DNA of 64,000 nucleotides from Polyangiaceae bacterium (lineage in GTDB: Bacteria > Myxococcota_A > Polyangia > Polyangiales > Polyangiaceae), in the NCBI GenBank assembly GCA_965222375.1, contig CBDCTZ010000013.1, positions 224,001 to 288,000 on the forward strand. The letters are read 5' to 3'. Position numbers and translations under genes: made by a program. The first letter of the stretch is position 1; every line of letters begins with the position of its first letter. The notes under the pieces are model-generated. The model searched no databases, was not told where the DNA came from, and saw only the letters and a list, made by a program, of their open reading frames with translations. Below, in pieces: positions 1 to 10,250 of the stretch.

Positions 1-719
1 TGGCCGAAGCGCGGAGCCCCGTGTGGGGACCTGCCGCCCGGTTCGCATTTGGCCTTGCCAAGAAAGTCGGACCGGCCCGACTCCTCGACCTGATGCTGCG
101 GCTCGGCCCCCACAGGCTGCGGCTGCAGCAACTCTTGGCCGCCCCGTCCGGGCTCGATCTCGGGCCCCTCGAGCCGCGCCTCGCCCAAGTGATCCGTCAC
201 CCCGAGGGCAAAGTGAAGCTGGCGGCGCCGCCGTTGATCGCGGATCTTGCGCGCCTGCATCACACCGTTGCCGACCAACGCCCGGACAAGAACTTGTCGC
301 TGATCACCCGGCGTACCCTTCGTAGCAACAACTCCTGGATGCACAACAGTCTGCGCTTGGTGAAGGGCAAGCCGCGCTGCACTCTGGAAATCCACCCCGA
401 TGACGCCCGCCAGCGCAAGCTGGTCGAGGGCGCATTGGCTGTGGTGCGAACGAGCCTTGGGCAGGTAACGTTGCCAGTCAGTATCAGCGATCGCATGCAG
501 CCCGGGATCGTGAGCGTGCCCCATGGTTTCGGCCACGACCTGCCCGGAACCCAGCTCCGCGTCGCCGAGGCACACGCGGGCGTGTGCATCAACGACGTAT
601 GCGACGACACGGCCGTCGAAGGGCTGACCCACACCACCGTACTCAGTGGGATCGAGGTCGAGGTCGAAGCTGCTGTCAAACAGGACACACGCGCTTCTTC
701 ATCCACGCAGCCGCGGTAG
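1..719 (+). CDS. Molybdopterin oxidoreductase, C-terminal part (5' end outside window)
   Basis: LITRR..RSNNSWMHN, IHPDDA and PGIVSVPHGFGH are typical of the molybdopterin dinucleotide-binding domain. Confidence 0.85.
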   Translation, partial: AEARSPVWGPAARFAFGLAKKVGPARLLDLMLRLGPHRLRLQQLLAAPSGLDLGPLEPRLAQVIRHPEGKVKLAAPPLIADLARLHHTVADQRPDKNLSLITRRTLRSNNSWMHNSLRLVKGKPRCTLEIHPDDARQRKLVEGALAVVRTSLGQVTLPVSISDRMQPGIVSVPHGFGHDLPGTQLRVAEAHAGVCINDVCDDTAVEGLTHTTVLSGIEVEVEAAVKQDTRASSSTQPR

Positions 720-747
720 CGTCGCGCCCCGCGGCGACTCGAGGTGA

Positions 748-1482
748 TCAACCCTTGCGGGGACGAAACTTCGCGCAGGAAGCCTTGATCTTCGACTGCA
801 TGACTTTCAAATCCACCATGCCGCTTTGAATCGCAGCCGGTGAATTATCCTTGCGGATCGTCTTCCAAGCGCAATCGCAGAACGGCTTGTGAGCGTCGGT
901 CTTGGTGCAACCCTTCATGAAACCCGCCTTGGCGACCTTTTCGGGCAACTTGGGCGCGCAGACCTTCACGGCGTCTTCGCGTACTTTTTTGAAACGTTCG
1001 GACTGGAGCACGTCTTCATTGGCCAGATCCCCGAGGGATAGCTGCTTGCGGTACTCGCTCCAGGAGCACTCGCAATAGGGCGCCAGCTCGTTCTGACCCT
1101 GAGCCGTGCACGCGCCGATGAAGCCGGACTTGAGCTCTGCTTCCGGCATCTTGTCACCGCAAGCACCTATCACTTTCTTGCGAAAGGCGTCCATGCGGGC
1201 GGGATCGCTCTTGCCGCGCATCTCTTCGACCGTGAAAGACGCCTGCATTTGTTCCCAGCTGCACTGGCAGTACTCGGGCGCCTTGGGCAGCTTCTCGGTG
1301 CATCCAGCGACGAACTTCTGTTGCAGCTCCTCGAGGCTGGGCCCCTCGTCAGCCGCGCCGGGAGCGTCGGATCCGGGGGGGGGCTCTCCAGGTTCAGTTG
1401 CCGGGGTTTCCGGCGACGGTGCGCCGCCGCAACCGGCGAGCGAGGCGGTGAGTAGAGCGGCGAGCATTAGACGGACGGACAT
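748..1482 (-). CDS. Cys-rich repeat lipoprotein
   Basis: Lipobox LAGC, Pro-rich linker, three repeats F-x2-[GA]C-x9/10-[YF]CxCxW; ATG 1482 chosen behind a purine-rich RBS. Confidence 0.75.
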   Translation of the reverse strand: MSVRLMLAALLTASLAGCGGAPSPETPATEPGEPPPGSDAPGAADEGPSLEELQQKFVAGCTEKLPKAPEYCQCSWEQMQASFTVEEMRGKSDPARMDAFRKKVIGACGDKMPEAELKSGFIGACTAQGQNELAPYCECSWSEYRKQLSLGDLANEDVLQSERFKKVREDAVKVCAPKLPEKVAKAGFMKGCTKTDAHKPFCDCAWKTIRKDNSPAAIQSGMVDLKVMQSKIKASCAKFRPRKG

Positions 1483-1532
1483 TCTTCTTTTTCCTTTGTG
1501 GTGAAGCGCTACGTGCCGCTCCGCTTCGACAT

Positions 1533-2924
1533 TCAACGCAAGAGCTCTCCCGCCCTCGCGCGCTTGATGAACCTTCCCCCACCCTTGACGCCACCCTTGC
1601 GGTTTTCGACGAGGAGGCGCCCACGGGAAATCACCGTCTCCGGGTAACCCTGCAGCTCGAAACCCTCGTAGGTCGAATAGTCCACCTTCATGTGGTGGGT
1701 ATCCTCATCCTTGACGCTCACGGTCAGTTTGCGATCCGGGTCGAAGATGACGACGTCCGCATCGCTGCCGACGGCGATGGTGCCTTTCTTGGGAAACATG
1801 CCGAAGGTCTTCGCCGCGGACGTGCTCGTGATCTCCACGAAGCGGTTGAGGGTGAGGTAGCCCTTCTGCACCCCTTGGTAGATCAAGGCCATGCGGTTTT
1901 CCACGCCCGGAGCCCCGTTGGGGATCGCGGTGAAGCTCTTCCTGCCCAGCTCTTTCTGCCCCTTGAAGCAGAAGGGGCAGTGGTCGGTGGCGACCAGAGC
2001 CAGATGACCCATCTTCAACCCCTGCCACAGCACGTCCTGGTTCCACTTCTCGCGCAACGCTGGCGTCATCACGTACTTGGCGCCCTCGAAATTCGGCTTG
2101 TCGTAGTAGCTGTGGTCCAAAAACAGATACTGCGGGCAGGTCTCTGCCTGCACATCCATCCCCCGCTGCCGAGCCAGAATCACTTGCTCTAGCGCGTCGG
2201 CGCTGGACAAATGCACGATGTGGAGCGGCACGTCGGCGACTTCTGCAATGGCGATGGACCGGTAGACGCCTTCTGCCTCCATGCGCGTAGGTCGGGTGTG
2301 GGCATGCCAACGCGGCTCTAGTTTCCCATCCTTCACGGCCGCCTTGATGATCTCGTCGATGACGATGCCGTTCTCGGCGTGCATGCAGATGCGAGTGCCA
2401 TTTTCCCCCGCGCGCCTGAACGCACGGTACAGGGTTCCGTCGTCCACGTACAGAACGCCGGGATAAGCCATGAACAGCTTGTAGGAGGTAACACCCGCCT
2501 CGGCGAGCTTGTCCATCTCCGCCAGCCGCTGATCCTCCATGTCGGTAACGATCATGTGGAAGCCGTAGTCGATGGTGGCTTTGCCTTCTGCTTTCGCGTG
2601 CCAGGTATCCAGCCCCTTCAGGGTGCTTTCGCCCTTGGTCTGGATCGCGAAATCCACCAACGTCGTGGTACCGCCAAAGGCAGCTGCCAACGTGCCAGAT
2701 TCGAAGTCATCTGCACTCATCGTGCCCCCAAAGGGCATGTCCAAATGCGTATGAGGGTCGATGCCGCCGGGAATGACCAACTTGCCCTTGGCGTCGATGG
2801 TCTTGTCAGCGACGACATCGAGGCTCTGGCCGATCGTCTTGATGGTCTCGCCATCGATGAACACGTCTGCGAAGTAGTCGTCCGTGGCCGTGACGATGCG
2901 CCCGTTCTTGATCAGGATGCTCAT
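1533..2924 (-). CDS. hydA: Dihydropyrimidinase (D-hydantoinase)
   Basis: PGGIDPHTH, SYKLFMAY, HAENG, ATDHCPF and IPNGAPGVE motifs; start trimmed to MSILIKNG. Confidence 0.95.
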   Translation of the reverse strand: MSILIKNGRIVTATDDYFADVFIDGETIKTIGQSLDVVADKTIDAKGKLVIPGGIDPHTHLDMPFGGTMSADDFESGTLAAAFGGTTTLVDFAIQTKGESTLKGLDTWHAKAEGKATIDYGFHMIVTDMEDQRLAEMDKLAEAGVTSYKLFMAYPGVLYVDDGTLYRAFRRAGENGTRICMHAENGIVIDEIIKAAVKDGKLEPRWHAHTRPTRMEAEGVYRSIAIAEVADVPLHIVHLSSADALEQVILARQRGMDVQAETCPQYLFLDHSYYDKPNFEGAKYVMTPALREKWNQDVLWQGLKMGHLALVATDHCPFCFKGQKELGRKSFTAIPNGAPGVENRMALIYQGVQKGYLTLNRFVEITSTSAAKTFGMFPKKGTIAVGSDADVVIFDPDRKLTVSVKDEDTHHMKVDYSTYEGFELQGYPETVISRGRLLVENRKGGVKGGGRFIKRARAGELLR

Positions 2925-3187
2925 GGCCGTCTCGTTTCGCTCGGATCGCCCCGCGCGGCACCCCTTCTTAGAAACGCCTGCGTAACCAACCGAATTTTTT
3001 GATTTTTTGGGTTGCAACCCCGCGCGCGGTGCTCGGGCTCGGCCCGCCTGAGGCGGGCGCTTCGCCCTGCGCGCCGGGCGTCCCCCCCCAAATCGCCGGC
3101 TTCGCCGCCTCAGGGGGGGATGGGGTCACGCTCCACCACCCGCCAGCCGGCTGGATCCAAGAGTGCGTCTGAAGCGTATCGTCTTTC

Positions 3188-3790
3188 GTGATCCCGAAAG
3201 CCTCCGCCGCAACCATCCTCACCCTTTCGGCGCTAGCTTGTTCGAGCACTGGCCAAGTTGCGTCGCCGACCGCAGCCAGCACAGACATTCGAGAAGCCCG
3301 CGCATCGGCGCAGCGCCAGAGCTTCCAGTGGCAGCCCTGGAGCGCGGAGTCCTTCGCCAAGGCCAAGCGAGATCGCAAGTTCGTGCTCGTGCACGGCGCC
3401 GCCGAATGGTGTCACTGGTGTCACGTGATGGAGGAAACCACCTACCGCGACCCGCGCGTGGGACGACTCCTTTCCGAACGCTTTGTGACGATTCGCGTCG
3501 ACGTCGATGCTCGTCCCGACATTGAAGAGCGCTACTTGGAGTGCGGGTGGCCCGCGACGATCGTGCTGTCGCCGAGCGGCAACGAGCTGAGCAAATACCG
3601 CGGCTACCTGCCTGCGAATGAGATGTTGGAGCTGCTCAGGCAAGCCACCAGTAGCTCTCCCCTCGATATAGCGGCGCAGAAACAGAGCGAGCCAGCCCTC
3701 GCTCCGCGGGCCTCAGCGCCCTGCCCTGGGTCGCGCTGCGCGTACTCGAGGACATGGACTACTACTACGACGACCAGCTAGGCGGCTGGC
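3188..3790 (+). pseudogene. DUF255/YyaL-type thioredoxin-domain lipoprotein, frameshifted and truncated
   Basis: WQPWS..F..AK, WCHWCHVMEETTY, VDVDARPDI and GWPAT; frame changes near 3710 into ALPWVALRVLEDMDYYYDDQLGGW, after which similarity ends. Confidence 0.7.
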
Positions 3791-4061
3791 GTCAGACCTA
3801 CCGCCGACAGCCGGCCATCCAGAGAGACGGCCGCGCGAGAGCCCAGTTCGAACTTGTATTCCGACTTGCGCGATCGCACTGCGCCCTTGGCGAGATCCAG
3901 GCGCACTGTCTCGTCCCCGGCCAGCACGACTTCACTTTCAGCCTCCGGCGGGATGCAGCCGCTCGTCCAATACTTCTTCCGGCTGCTGCTGCTCTTCAGG
4001 CCAAGAGCGTAGCCAGCAGAAGTACCAGCGCGGACGCGCTATGGCCCAAGCTCATTCGCAT
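3778..4061 (-). pseudogene. Frameshifted lipoprotein gene fragment
   Basis: MRMSLGHSASALVLLLATLLA then TGA at 3996-3998; restoring one C (TGC AAG) gives lipobox LLAC followed by KSSSSRKKYWTSGCIPPE... with genome-like codon usage. Confidence 0.5.
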
Positions 4062-4147
4062 TCCGGTTCTCACGCCAGCAGTTTAGACCCGGCTGGCGGC
4101 GTGGGTCGCGGCTTGCGAGCACCGCAGCTGGTGACCCAGGCGCTCGG

Positions 4148-4690
4148 TCAATCGGGATCAAATCGTTGGCCGTAGCCATCGTCGACCGCAGCGGTCTGCG
4201 CGGCCTTGTCGAGCAGGCACCGGCCGAGCGCCAGGCTGTCGAGTCCTGTTCCCATGAAACGGCGATACGCGTCCTCGGGCGTGCAAACAATGGGCTCACC
4301 TCGTACGTTGAAGCTTGTGTTGACGAGAAGCGGGCAGCTCGTATGGCGCTCGAAGGCGTTCAACAGCTCACGGAAGCGCGGCTGAGCTGACGCGCCGACG
4401 GTTTGCAGGCGGGCCGAACCGTCTACGTGCGTCACTGCCGGGATGTGCTGACGTTTCGACTCAGCGACGGGAGCAACTACCGACATATACGGGCTATCCC
4501 AATCGAGCTCGAACCACTCCGCCGCATGCTGACTGAGCACCGCCGGCGCAAAGGGGCGGAAGGACTCGCACAGCTTGCTCTTCGAGTTCAACGTAGCTTG
4601 AGCGTCGCTGCGGCGAGGGTCGCACAAGATCGAGCGGACACCCAAGGCTCGGGGACCAAACTCCATCTTGCCCTGAAACCTCCGGGGCCC
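4148..4690 (-). pseudogene. Carbamoyltransferase (NodU/CmcH family) C-terminal domain only
   Basis: FQGKMEFGPRALG, ESFRPFAP, PAVTHVDGSARLQTV and NTSFNVRGEPIV; the N-terminal domain is missing. Confidence 0.8.
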
Positions 4691-4691
4691 A

Positions 4692-5126
4692 GTGATGGAG
4701 GAGGCATTCCGCATGGCAGCGGAATCCGCGGACGGCGGAGATGCGTTGGACGGTGAGGCCCGAGACGTCGCGGTGGCGCCTGACTGGCCCAGCTACGCAG
4801 AGCTGCAGGCGGCGAGCGCCTCCCACATCGAGGCCATGGCCAAGGCCATGCGCAAGGCGAAGGTGCCATTTTTCGTCGTGAACTACCCCTACCCCAAGTT
4901 CAAGCCGTCCTACGAAACCAAGTATCTGCAGCCCTTCTACCAGCGACTGGAGCGTGGAGGGATTGCGCGGGAAGGATTGTACGAACTCTTTCCTCTCGCT
5001 ACCCGTTCTCGTTTCTACTTCAGCGCCAATGGCCACTGGAATGCCGCCGGCAGCAAGCGGGTCGCGGACCACCTCCTGCAGCTCTTGCCCAAGCGATTCC
5101 CCGATCTGTTCGACAGTCGGCCTTGA
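4692..5126 (+). pseudogene. SGNH/AlgJ-like hydrolase C-terminal fragment
   Basis: Terminal FYFSANGHWNAAGSKRVAD block; no GDS block and no room for it upstream. Confidence 0.55.
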
Positions 5127-5177
5127 ATTTTTTTTCTCAAGTTCACGTCATGCCGACCGTTCCTGCTCACAAGCGCC

Positions 5178-5384
5178 ATGCGTCTGGTCAACGGATACTA
5201 TTGCCGCAATTGCGCGGACGTCGAACTCGCCAAACGCGGCATGGACCCGGCACATCCAAAACAGCAGTGGTCCGGAGGCGAGGTCTACGTGCCCGATCCC
5301 AGTCACGACACGCGCTACAACTTGGCCATCAACCAGCCGGAACCGGGCGCGACCGTCGGTTCGAAGCTCAAGATCTACGCCTGA
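5178..5384 (+). CDS. Small hypothetical protein with CxxC
   Basis: VNGYYCRNCADVELAK..DPAHP; non-repetitive, genome-like codon usage, fills the intergenic gap. Confidence 0.55.
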   Translation: MRLVNGYYCRNCADVELAKRGMDPAHPKQQWSGGEVYVPDPSHDTRYNLAINQPEPGATVGSKLKIYA

Positions 5385-6586
5385 CGCCGACGCCCTAGAA
5401 GCGCGAGCACCGCTAGCGTCAGTAGCAAGCCTGTGTTCCGCCCGGGGGCGCCGCCGCGCTGGCTGACGCTGCAACCCCCGTCGTCGCCGCTCCCGCCGCT
5501 GAGGGGTTTGCTCGACGAGGTGCCGCCGAGCCCCGAGTCGGTGTGGATCGCGCCGCCATTGGACCAGCTGGCGCCCGCGCCGGCCGCGCCCGACGCACCA
5601 CCGGCGCCGCCCGTGCCACTACCCGGCACTACGTTCACCTTGACCGCGAAGTAACCGTCGTCAGGTCCGCCGCCCTTGGGACCATCGGCAAACCAGGTCA
5701 CGCCTTCCGCAACCCAACCGAGTTCCAACAGGGTTTCGCCCAGGACCTTGCCCGTCAAATCCAAAGCGAAGGTACCCACCTGTCCGGGAGCCACGTCGGA
5801 ATCGACGGTCGAGATGCGGTGGGGCTTCAACCAGCTCGGGCTCGCCAAGTCGTGAGGCTTATCCCGGGGCATGGGCGCCAGCCAAACGCTGCCCTTTTTC
5901 CAGGTCGCGCTCCCAACGTTCTCGAGCTTGACCCAGCCGGTGACCGTCTCGCCTACGCCCACCTGCACCGCGCCCTGAGATGATATCGGGTAGCTCTGCC
6001 CACTGATCCCAAGGGACTTGCCAGCGTACTCGACGGCACAGGGGCCGCCCCCGGGGCCCCCGCTCCACCACTCCCAATGCCAGGGCTCGCTCGGCACCGT
6101 GCGCTTGAAGCCGTAGGTCGCGCCGTTCGCGTTGAGCCACGACAGCACGCCCGGCGTAGACGTATTCAGATCCAGAGCGTGGCCGCTCTGATGATTGCTG
6201 TAGCCCGGTTTGGCGGCGAGATTGCAGTTGTTGCAGTTGCAGTTGATGTAGCAGTTGTAAAAGTACTGCTGCTCGGCTTGAGTGCGAAAGCCGCTGCTGA
6301 TCTTCAACGTCACTCCCGCCTTGTCGGCGGCTTGTGCCATCACATAGTAGGCGTTGGCGGTATCCCGTTCGACAGGCTTGCCGTCGACCGTGACAACCGT
6401 GATGGGAAACGGTGTGCCACTGCTGTAGCCCGTATCCTGGGATTCGGTGCAATCGATGGGCGAGAGCGCCTGGCTGACCGTGGCCGCAGGGGGCTCACAG
6501 TGCTCTGCCGCGCGGGGGTCGGGCTCCGAGGACGAGCACGCTGACATGCCTGCGATCAGCCAGATCCCCAATAGCCCGCGTTGCAT
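5375..6586 (-). CDS. VanY/M15B D,D-carboxypeptidase lipoprotein with Ig-like domain and MYXO-CTERM tail
   Basis: Lipobox MSAC; SGFRT, AKPGYSNHQSGHALD and EPWHW; C-terminal DDGGCSV...TM...RRR. Confidence 0.85.
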   Translation of the reverse strand: MQRGLLGIWLIAGMSACSSSEPDPRAAEHCEPPAATVSQALSPIDCTESQDTGYSSGTPFPITVVTVDGKPVERDTANAYYVMAQAADKAGVTLKISSGFRTQAEQQYFYNCYINCNCNNCNLAAKPGYSNHQSGHALDLNTSTPGVLSWLNANGATYGFKRTVPSEPWHWEWWSGGPGGGPCAVEYAGKSLGISGQSYPISSQGAVQVGVGETVTGWVKLENVGSATWKKGSVWLAPMPRDKPHDLASPSWLKPHRISTVDSDVAPGQVGTFALDLTGKVLGETLLELGWVAEGVTWFADGPKGGGPDDGYFAVKVNVVPGSGTGGAGGASGAAGAGASWSNGGAIHTDSGLGGTSSSKPLSGGSGDDGGCSVSQRGGAPGRNTGLLLTLAVLALLGRRRQA

Positions 6587-6619
6587 CGCGGGAGTTTACC
6601 CCAGCTGGGGCAAAGGAGT

Positions 6620-6635
6620 CGGCACGCACCTTGCT
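6620..6635 (+). promoter_or_regulatory. sigma54-type -24/-12 promoter
   Basis: CGGCAC-GCACC-TTGCT, 13 nt before ATG 6649. Confidence 0.55.
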
Positions 6636-6648
6636 AATCCGCCCCAGG

Positions 6649-7419
6649 ATGCGTTGCTTGGCACAACTTGGCCTACTGACTTTGGCTCTGACCACCGCCT
6701 GCGGGTCCGAGGCCGATGGGGGTTCCGGCGCGGGAGGCAGCGCCGGAACCGGAGCGAGCCACTCGAGTGGCGGCTCCGGAGGCAGCGGCGCGACGGGCGC
6801 GTCCGGGGGCGCAGGCGGCAGCGCCGCATGTTTCGTACCCGATACGACCTGCCCCTCCGAGCGTCCCTTCATCGGCGCCGCCTGTGCCATGACGGATGTG
6901 TGCCAGTACGAAGACCCCAACAAGGTCGATACCTGGACCTACCAGTGTGAATCGGGCCGCTGGAACGGCGAGGCCACCTGCGAGCCCTTGTTCGGCGGTG
7001 GCTGCCCTGTACCGCCCCTGGTCGAGAAGTGCACCGGGCCCTTCGACGGCAACAAGTCGGGAGCGACCGTCGAGATCGGCCCGGTGGAGACCGGCCCCTT
7101 CCGTCCGTTCAAGGAAGGTGAAGAGACACCTCTGATCGTTGGCGGTCAAGGTTCCCCCATGATCGCTTTCCGGATCAAAGCAACTGGAGCCGATGACGTC
7201 AGCTGCGCACGGGTCGACACGACGACCACCATTGGTGGACTGCCAGGTGGCCACGCCAGCGCCATCAAGCTCCACTGTGGCGAGTCCCTCACGGTATTCA
7301 CCATCGTGGACGCGCCCTGTGATCCCGGTAAGCACGCCGTAGAGCTGAAGGTCGAGGTCCGGGGCGTGGGCACTGCGACGGCGAACTTGAAGATCTCCGA
7401 CCCACCTTGCGTCAGCTAG
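6649..7419 (+). CDS. Cys-containing lipoprotein with Gly/Ser linker
   Basis: Lipobox TTAC, GS-rich stalk, Cys-rich module, beta-rich C-terminus. Confidence 0.75.
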   Translation: MRCLAQLGLLTLALTTACGSEADGGSGAGGSAGTGASHSSGGSGGSGATGASGGAGGSAACFVPDTTCPSERPFIGAACAMTDVCQYEDPNKVDTWTYQCESGRWNGEATCEPLFGGGCPVPPLVEKCTGPFDGNKSGATVEIGPVETGPFRPFKEGEETPLIVGGQGSPMIAFRIKATGADDVSCARVDTTTTIGGLPGGHASAIKLHCGESLTVFTIVDAPCDPGKHAVELKVEVRGVGTATANLKISDPPCVS

Positions 7420-7465
7420 CGACTCAGCGAACTAGTTGAACAGAATCCCGCCGTCATGCATCACC

Positions 7466-8785
7466 TCAACCCTCGAAGGCTTCGTCCGTGATCGATAGCC
7501 CGCGGTCGATGATCTCGAACCCCTCCTTGAGCTGGGCCTCGGTGATGGTGAGCGGCGGATTGCACATGAACCCGCTCCAGCGCACGAAGGTGAATAGGCC
7601 TTGCTCCCGGAAGAACCCCGCCAACTTGGTCATCGCGGGATGCGTGCCATTGTAGGGTGCGAGCAGATCGCCCTTGGCGTTCTTCTGAACCTCGATGATG
7701 CCGAACAAGCCGAGGTTCCGCCCTTCTCGCATCGACGGGTGCTTGTCCTTCAGACGATCCATTTCGCTGCGCATGACTTTGCCCATCCGGGCGGAGTTTT
7801 CCACCAGCTTTTCCTCCAGCATCACATCGAGCACGGCGTCCGCCACTTCCAGGCAGTAGGGATGTGAGTTGTAGGTCAGCCCACCCCAGTAGACGTTCTT
7901 GCGAAAGTGATCCGCGAGCCTGTCGCTCATCCCGACCGCGCCCAACGGCACGTAGCTGCTGGTCAGGCCCTTGGCCAAGGTCACCATGTCCGGAACGATA
8001 TCGCCGTGCTCGAAGGCGAAGAGCTTCCCGGTGCGCCCCATGCCCGCCATCACTTCATCGCAAACCAACAGGATCCCGTACTTGTCCAATAGCTGCCGCA
8101 AGCCCTGCAGGTAGCCCTTGGGCGGTGGCAGCACGCCATTGGTTCCTGTCACCGTTTCGATGAACATGGCTGCTATCTTGTCCGGCCCCTCGTATTGGAT
8201 GACCTCGTCGAGGTAGGTGAGGTTGTTCTTGGTGATTTCATCATCCGTCGTACCGAAGGAGAAATTGTATGGCCTCGGATCCATCACGCGGATCACGCCA
8301 GGCAGGCCGGGCTCGTTGGCCCAGCGCCGCGGATCCCCGGTGAGCTGCATCGCGGCGTTGGTTCCCCCGTGATAGCTGCGAAAGCGTGACAGAATCTTGC
8401 TGCGGCCCGTGAATAGCTTCGCTGCGCGAATCGCGCTCTCATTCGCCTCAGCCCCGCCCAAGGTGTAATAGAAGGTGTTGATGTCCCCGGGCGTGACGCT
8501 AGCGAGCTTCTTCGAATAGCGGGCTCGTATCTCTGTGGCTGTCTGAGGAAAGACGTAGATCAGCTTGTCTGCGGCATCTTTCATCCGCTGGATGACCTTG
8601 GGGTGACTATGGCCGATGAGAACACTCATCAACTGAGCGTTGAAGTCTAGGATGCGTTTGCCGTCCGGTGTGTACATGTACACTCCTTCGGCACGCTCCA
8701 CAGGCAAGGGGTTGACGTTGTCGGTTGCCGACCATGTGTACATCGTGTGCTTTTTGCAAAGCGCGATCATCTCTTCGCTGTTCAT
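7466..8785 (-). CDS. Class III aminotransferase (probable beta-alanine transaminase)
   Basis: SYHGGT, LVCDEVMAGMGRTG, TLAKGLTS and GLTYNSHP; RBS GGAGGA before ATG 8785; substrate inferred from context. Confidence 0.9.
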   Translation of the reverse strand: MNSEEMIALCKKHTMYTWSATDNVNPLPVERAEGVYMYTPDGKRILDFNAQLMSVLIGHSHPKVIQRMKDAADKLIYVFPQTATEIRARYSKKLASVTPGDINTFYYTLGGAEANESAIRAAKLFTGRSKILSRFRSYHGGTNAAMQLTGDPRRWANEPGLPGVIRVMDPRPYNFSFGTTDDEITKNNLTYLDEVIQYEGPDKIAAMFIETVTGTNGVLPPPKGYLQGLRQLLDKYGILLVCDEVMAGMGRTGKLFAFEHGDIVPDMVTLAKGLTSSYVPLGAVGMSDRLADHFRKNVYWGGLTYNSHPYCLEVADAVLDVMLEEKLVENSARMGKVMRSEMDRLKDKHPSMREGRNLGLFGIIEVQKNAKGDLLAPYNGTHPAMTKLAGFFREQGLFTFVRWSGFMCNPPLTITEAQLKEGFEIIDRGLSITDEAFEG

Positions 8786-9059
8786 GGTCCTTCCTCCGTA
8801 GCGCGGAGCGATGCTGGATACCAGGGGGCGCGTTTTGGTTTGTTTTTTGGGGTCGTGACCCTGGGCCACGACGGGGTCGCTAATCTCGTGCGGGCGCGCG
8901 ACGGGTCGCGGGAAGGTCCCACCGGGCAAATTCGTAGAAACGCAGCACGAGCATGCTTCAAGCAAAATCCAGTTGGGTCCTCACGCTGTCGCTGCTGGGG
9001 CGCCGCTTGTAGCGGTAGCGGCGGGGGTGGAGGCGCTGCGTATGCAGGCCCTCTATGAA

Positions 9060-9076
9060 TTGCAAAAGTAGTGCAA
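9060..9076. promoter_or_regulatory. Palindromic operator-like site upstream of acr3
   Basis: TTGCA-AAAGTAG-TGCAA in an AT-rich patch about 110 nt before the start. Confidence 0.4.
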
Positions 9077-9188
9077 CCCGAACCGCACTAACTGCGCTCG
9101 CCTCTGGCCTCGACGCAGTAGTTTCGTTGCTTCACGGCCATAACCCAAGGCCGCGCCCTGGCTCGGGCTTTGCACAGCGTTGGCTGCA

Positions 9189-10250
9189 ATGACCGATGCT
9201 GGCGAGAGCCCCCTCGGGATCTTCGGTCGCTATCTCAGTCTGTGGATTGCGCTCTGCATAGCTGCGGGAGTCGCCCTGGGCGCGTGGTTCCCTACCGTGT
9301 TCGAGCTGATCGCTCGCGCCGAGTTCGCCCACGTCAACCTGATCGTGGCGGTCTTCATCTGGGTGATGATCTATCCGATGATGGTCCAGGTCGATCTGGG
9401 CTGCGTAAAAGACGTCGGCAAACGCCCTGGCGGGCTGGCGCTCACCCTCGTGATCAACTGGCTGGTAAAGCCCTTCACCATGGCAGCACTAGCCACGCTG
9501 TTCTTCCGCTTCCTGTTCGCGGACTTCGTCACTCACGAAGACGCCAGTCAGTACATCGCAGGAATGATCTTGCTCGGCGTAGCCCCCTGCACCGCCATGG
9601 TGTTCGTGTGGAGCCAGCTGTCTCGGGGCGACGCGAACTACACCTTGGTGCAGGTCTCGGTCAACGACGTGATCATGGTGTTCGCCTTCGTGCCCATCGC
9701 AGGACTCTTGCTCGGCGTGACGGACGTAGCCGTGCCCTGGGCCACCCTCGTGCTGTCCGTAGTCCTGTTTGTCGTGGTCCCACTCGTCGCGGGCGCACTG
9801 ACACGAAGCGCGCTGCTCCGCCGCAGCAACAATGCCTTGGCTCGCTTCAATGATCGCCTCAAGCCCGCATCCATTCTCGGCCTGCTCGCGACGGTCGTAC
9901 TGATCTTCGGCCTGCAGGCGCCCACCATTGTCAGCAAACCAACCGTGATCGCACTCATCGCAGTGCCCTTGCTTATTCAATCCTACGGAATATTCGTCAT
10001 CGCCTACGGCCTGGCCTGGGTACTGCGTATCCGGCATGAGGTTGCGGCTCCCGCTGCGATGATCGGGACGTCGAACTTCTTCGAACTCGCGGTGGCGGTG
10101 GCTATTAGCCTGTTCGGTCTGAAATCCGGCGCTGCTCTCGCGACCGTGGTCGGCGTGCTCATCGAGGTACCCGTCATGCTCTCCCTCGTCGCCCTTGCCA
10201 ATCGCACGCGCGGAAGGTTCCATGCCCGCGCGGCTCCGGGGCTCTCATGA
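9189..10250 (+). CDS. acr3: ACR3-family arsenite efflux transporter
   Basis: [36 protein letters not shown] and [11 protein letters not shown]. Confidence 0.93.
   Translation: MTDAGESPLGIFGRYLSLWIALCIAAGVALGAWFPTVFELIARAEFAHVNLIVAVFIWVMIYPMMVQVDLGCVKDVGKRPGGLALTLVINWLVKPFTMAALATLFFRFLFADFVTHEDASQYIAGMILLGVAPCTAMVFVWSQLSRGDANYTLVQVSVNDVIMVFAFVPIAGLLLGVTDVAVPWATLVLSVVLFVVVPLVAGALTRSALLRRSNNALARFNDRLKPASILGLLATVVLIFGLQAPTIVSKPTVIALIAVPLLIQSYGIFVIAYGLAWVLRIRHEVAAPAAMIGTSNFFELAVAVAISLFGLKSGAALATVVGVLIEVPVMLSLVALANRTRGRFHARAAPGLS

Noticed and set aside
3996..3998. In-frame TGA at the lipobox Cys position as selenocysteine
   Set aside because: Read-through in that frame has poor codon usage; a 1-nt deletion explains it better.
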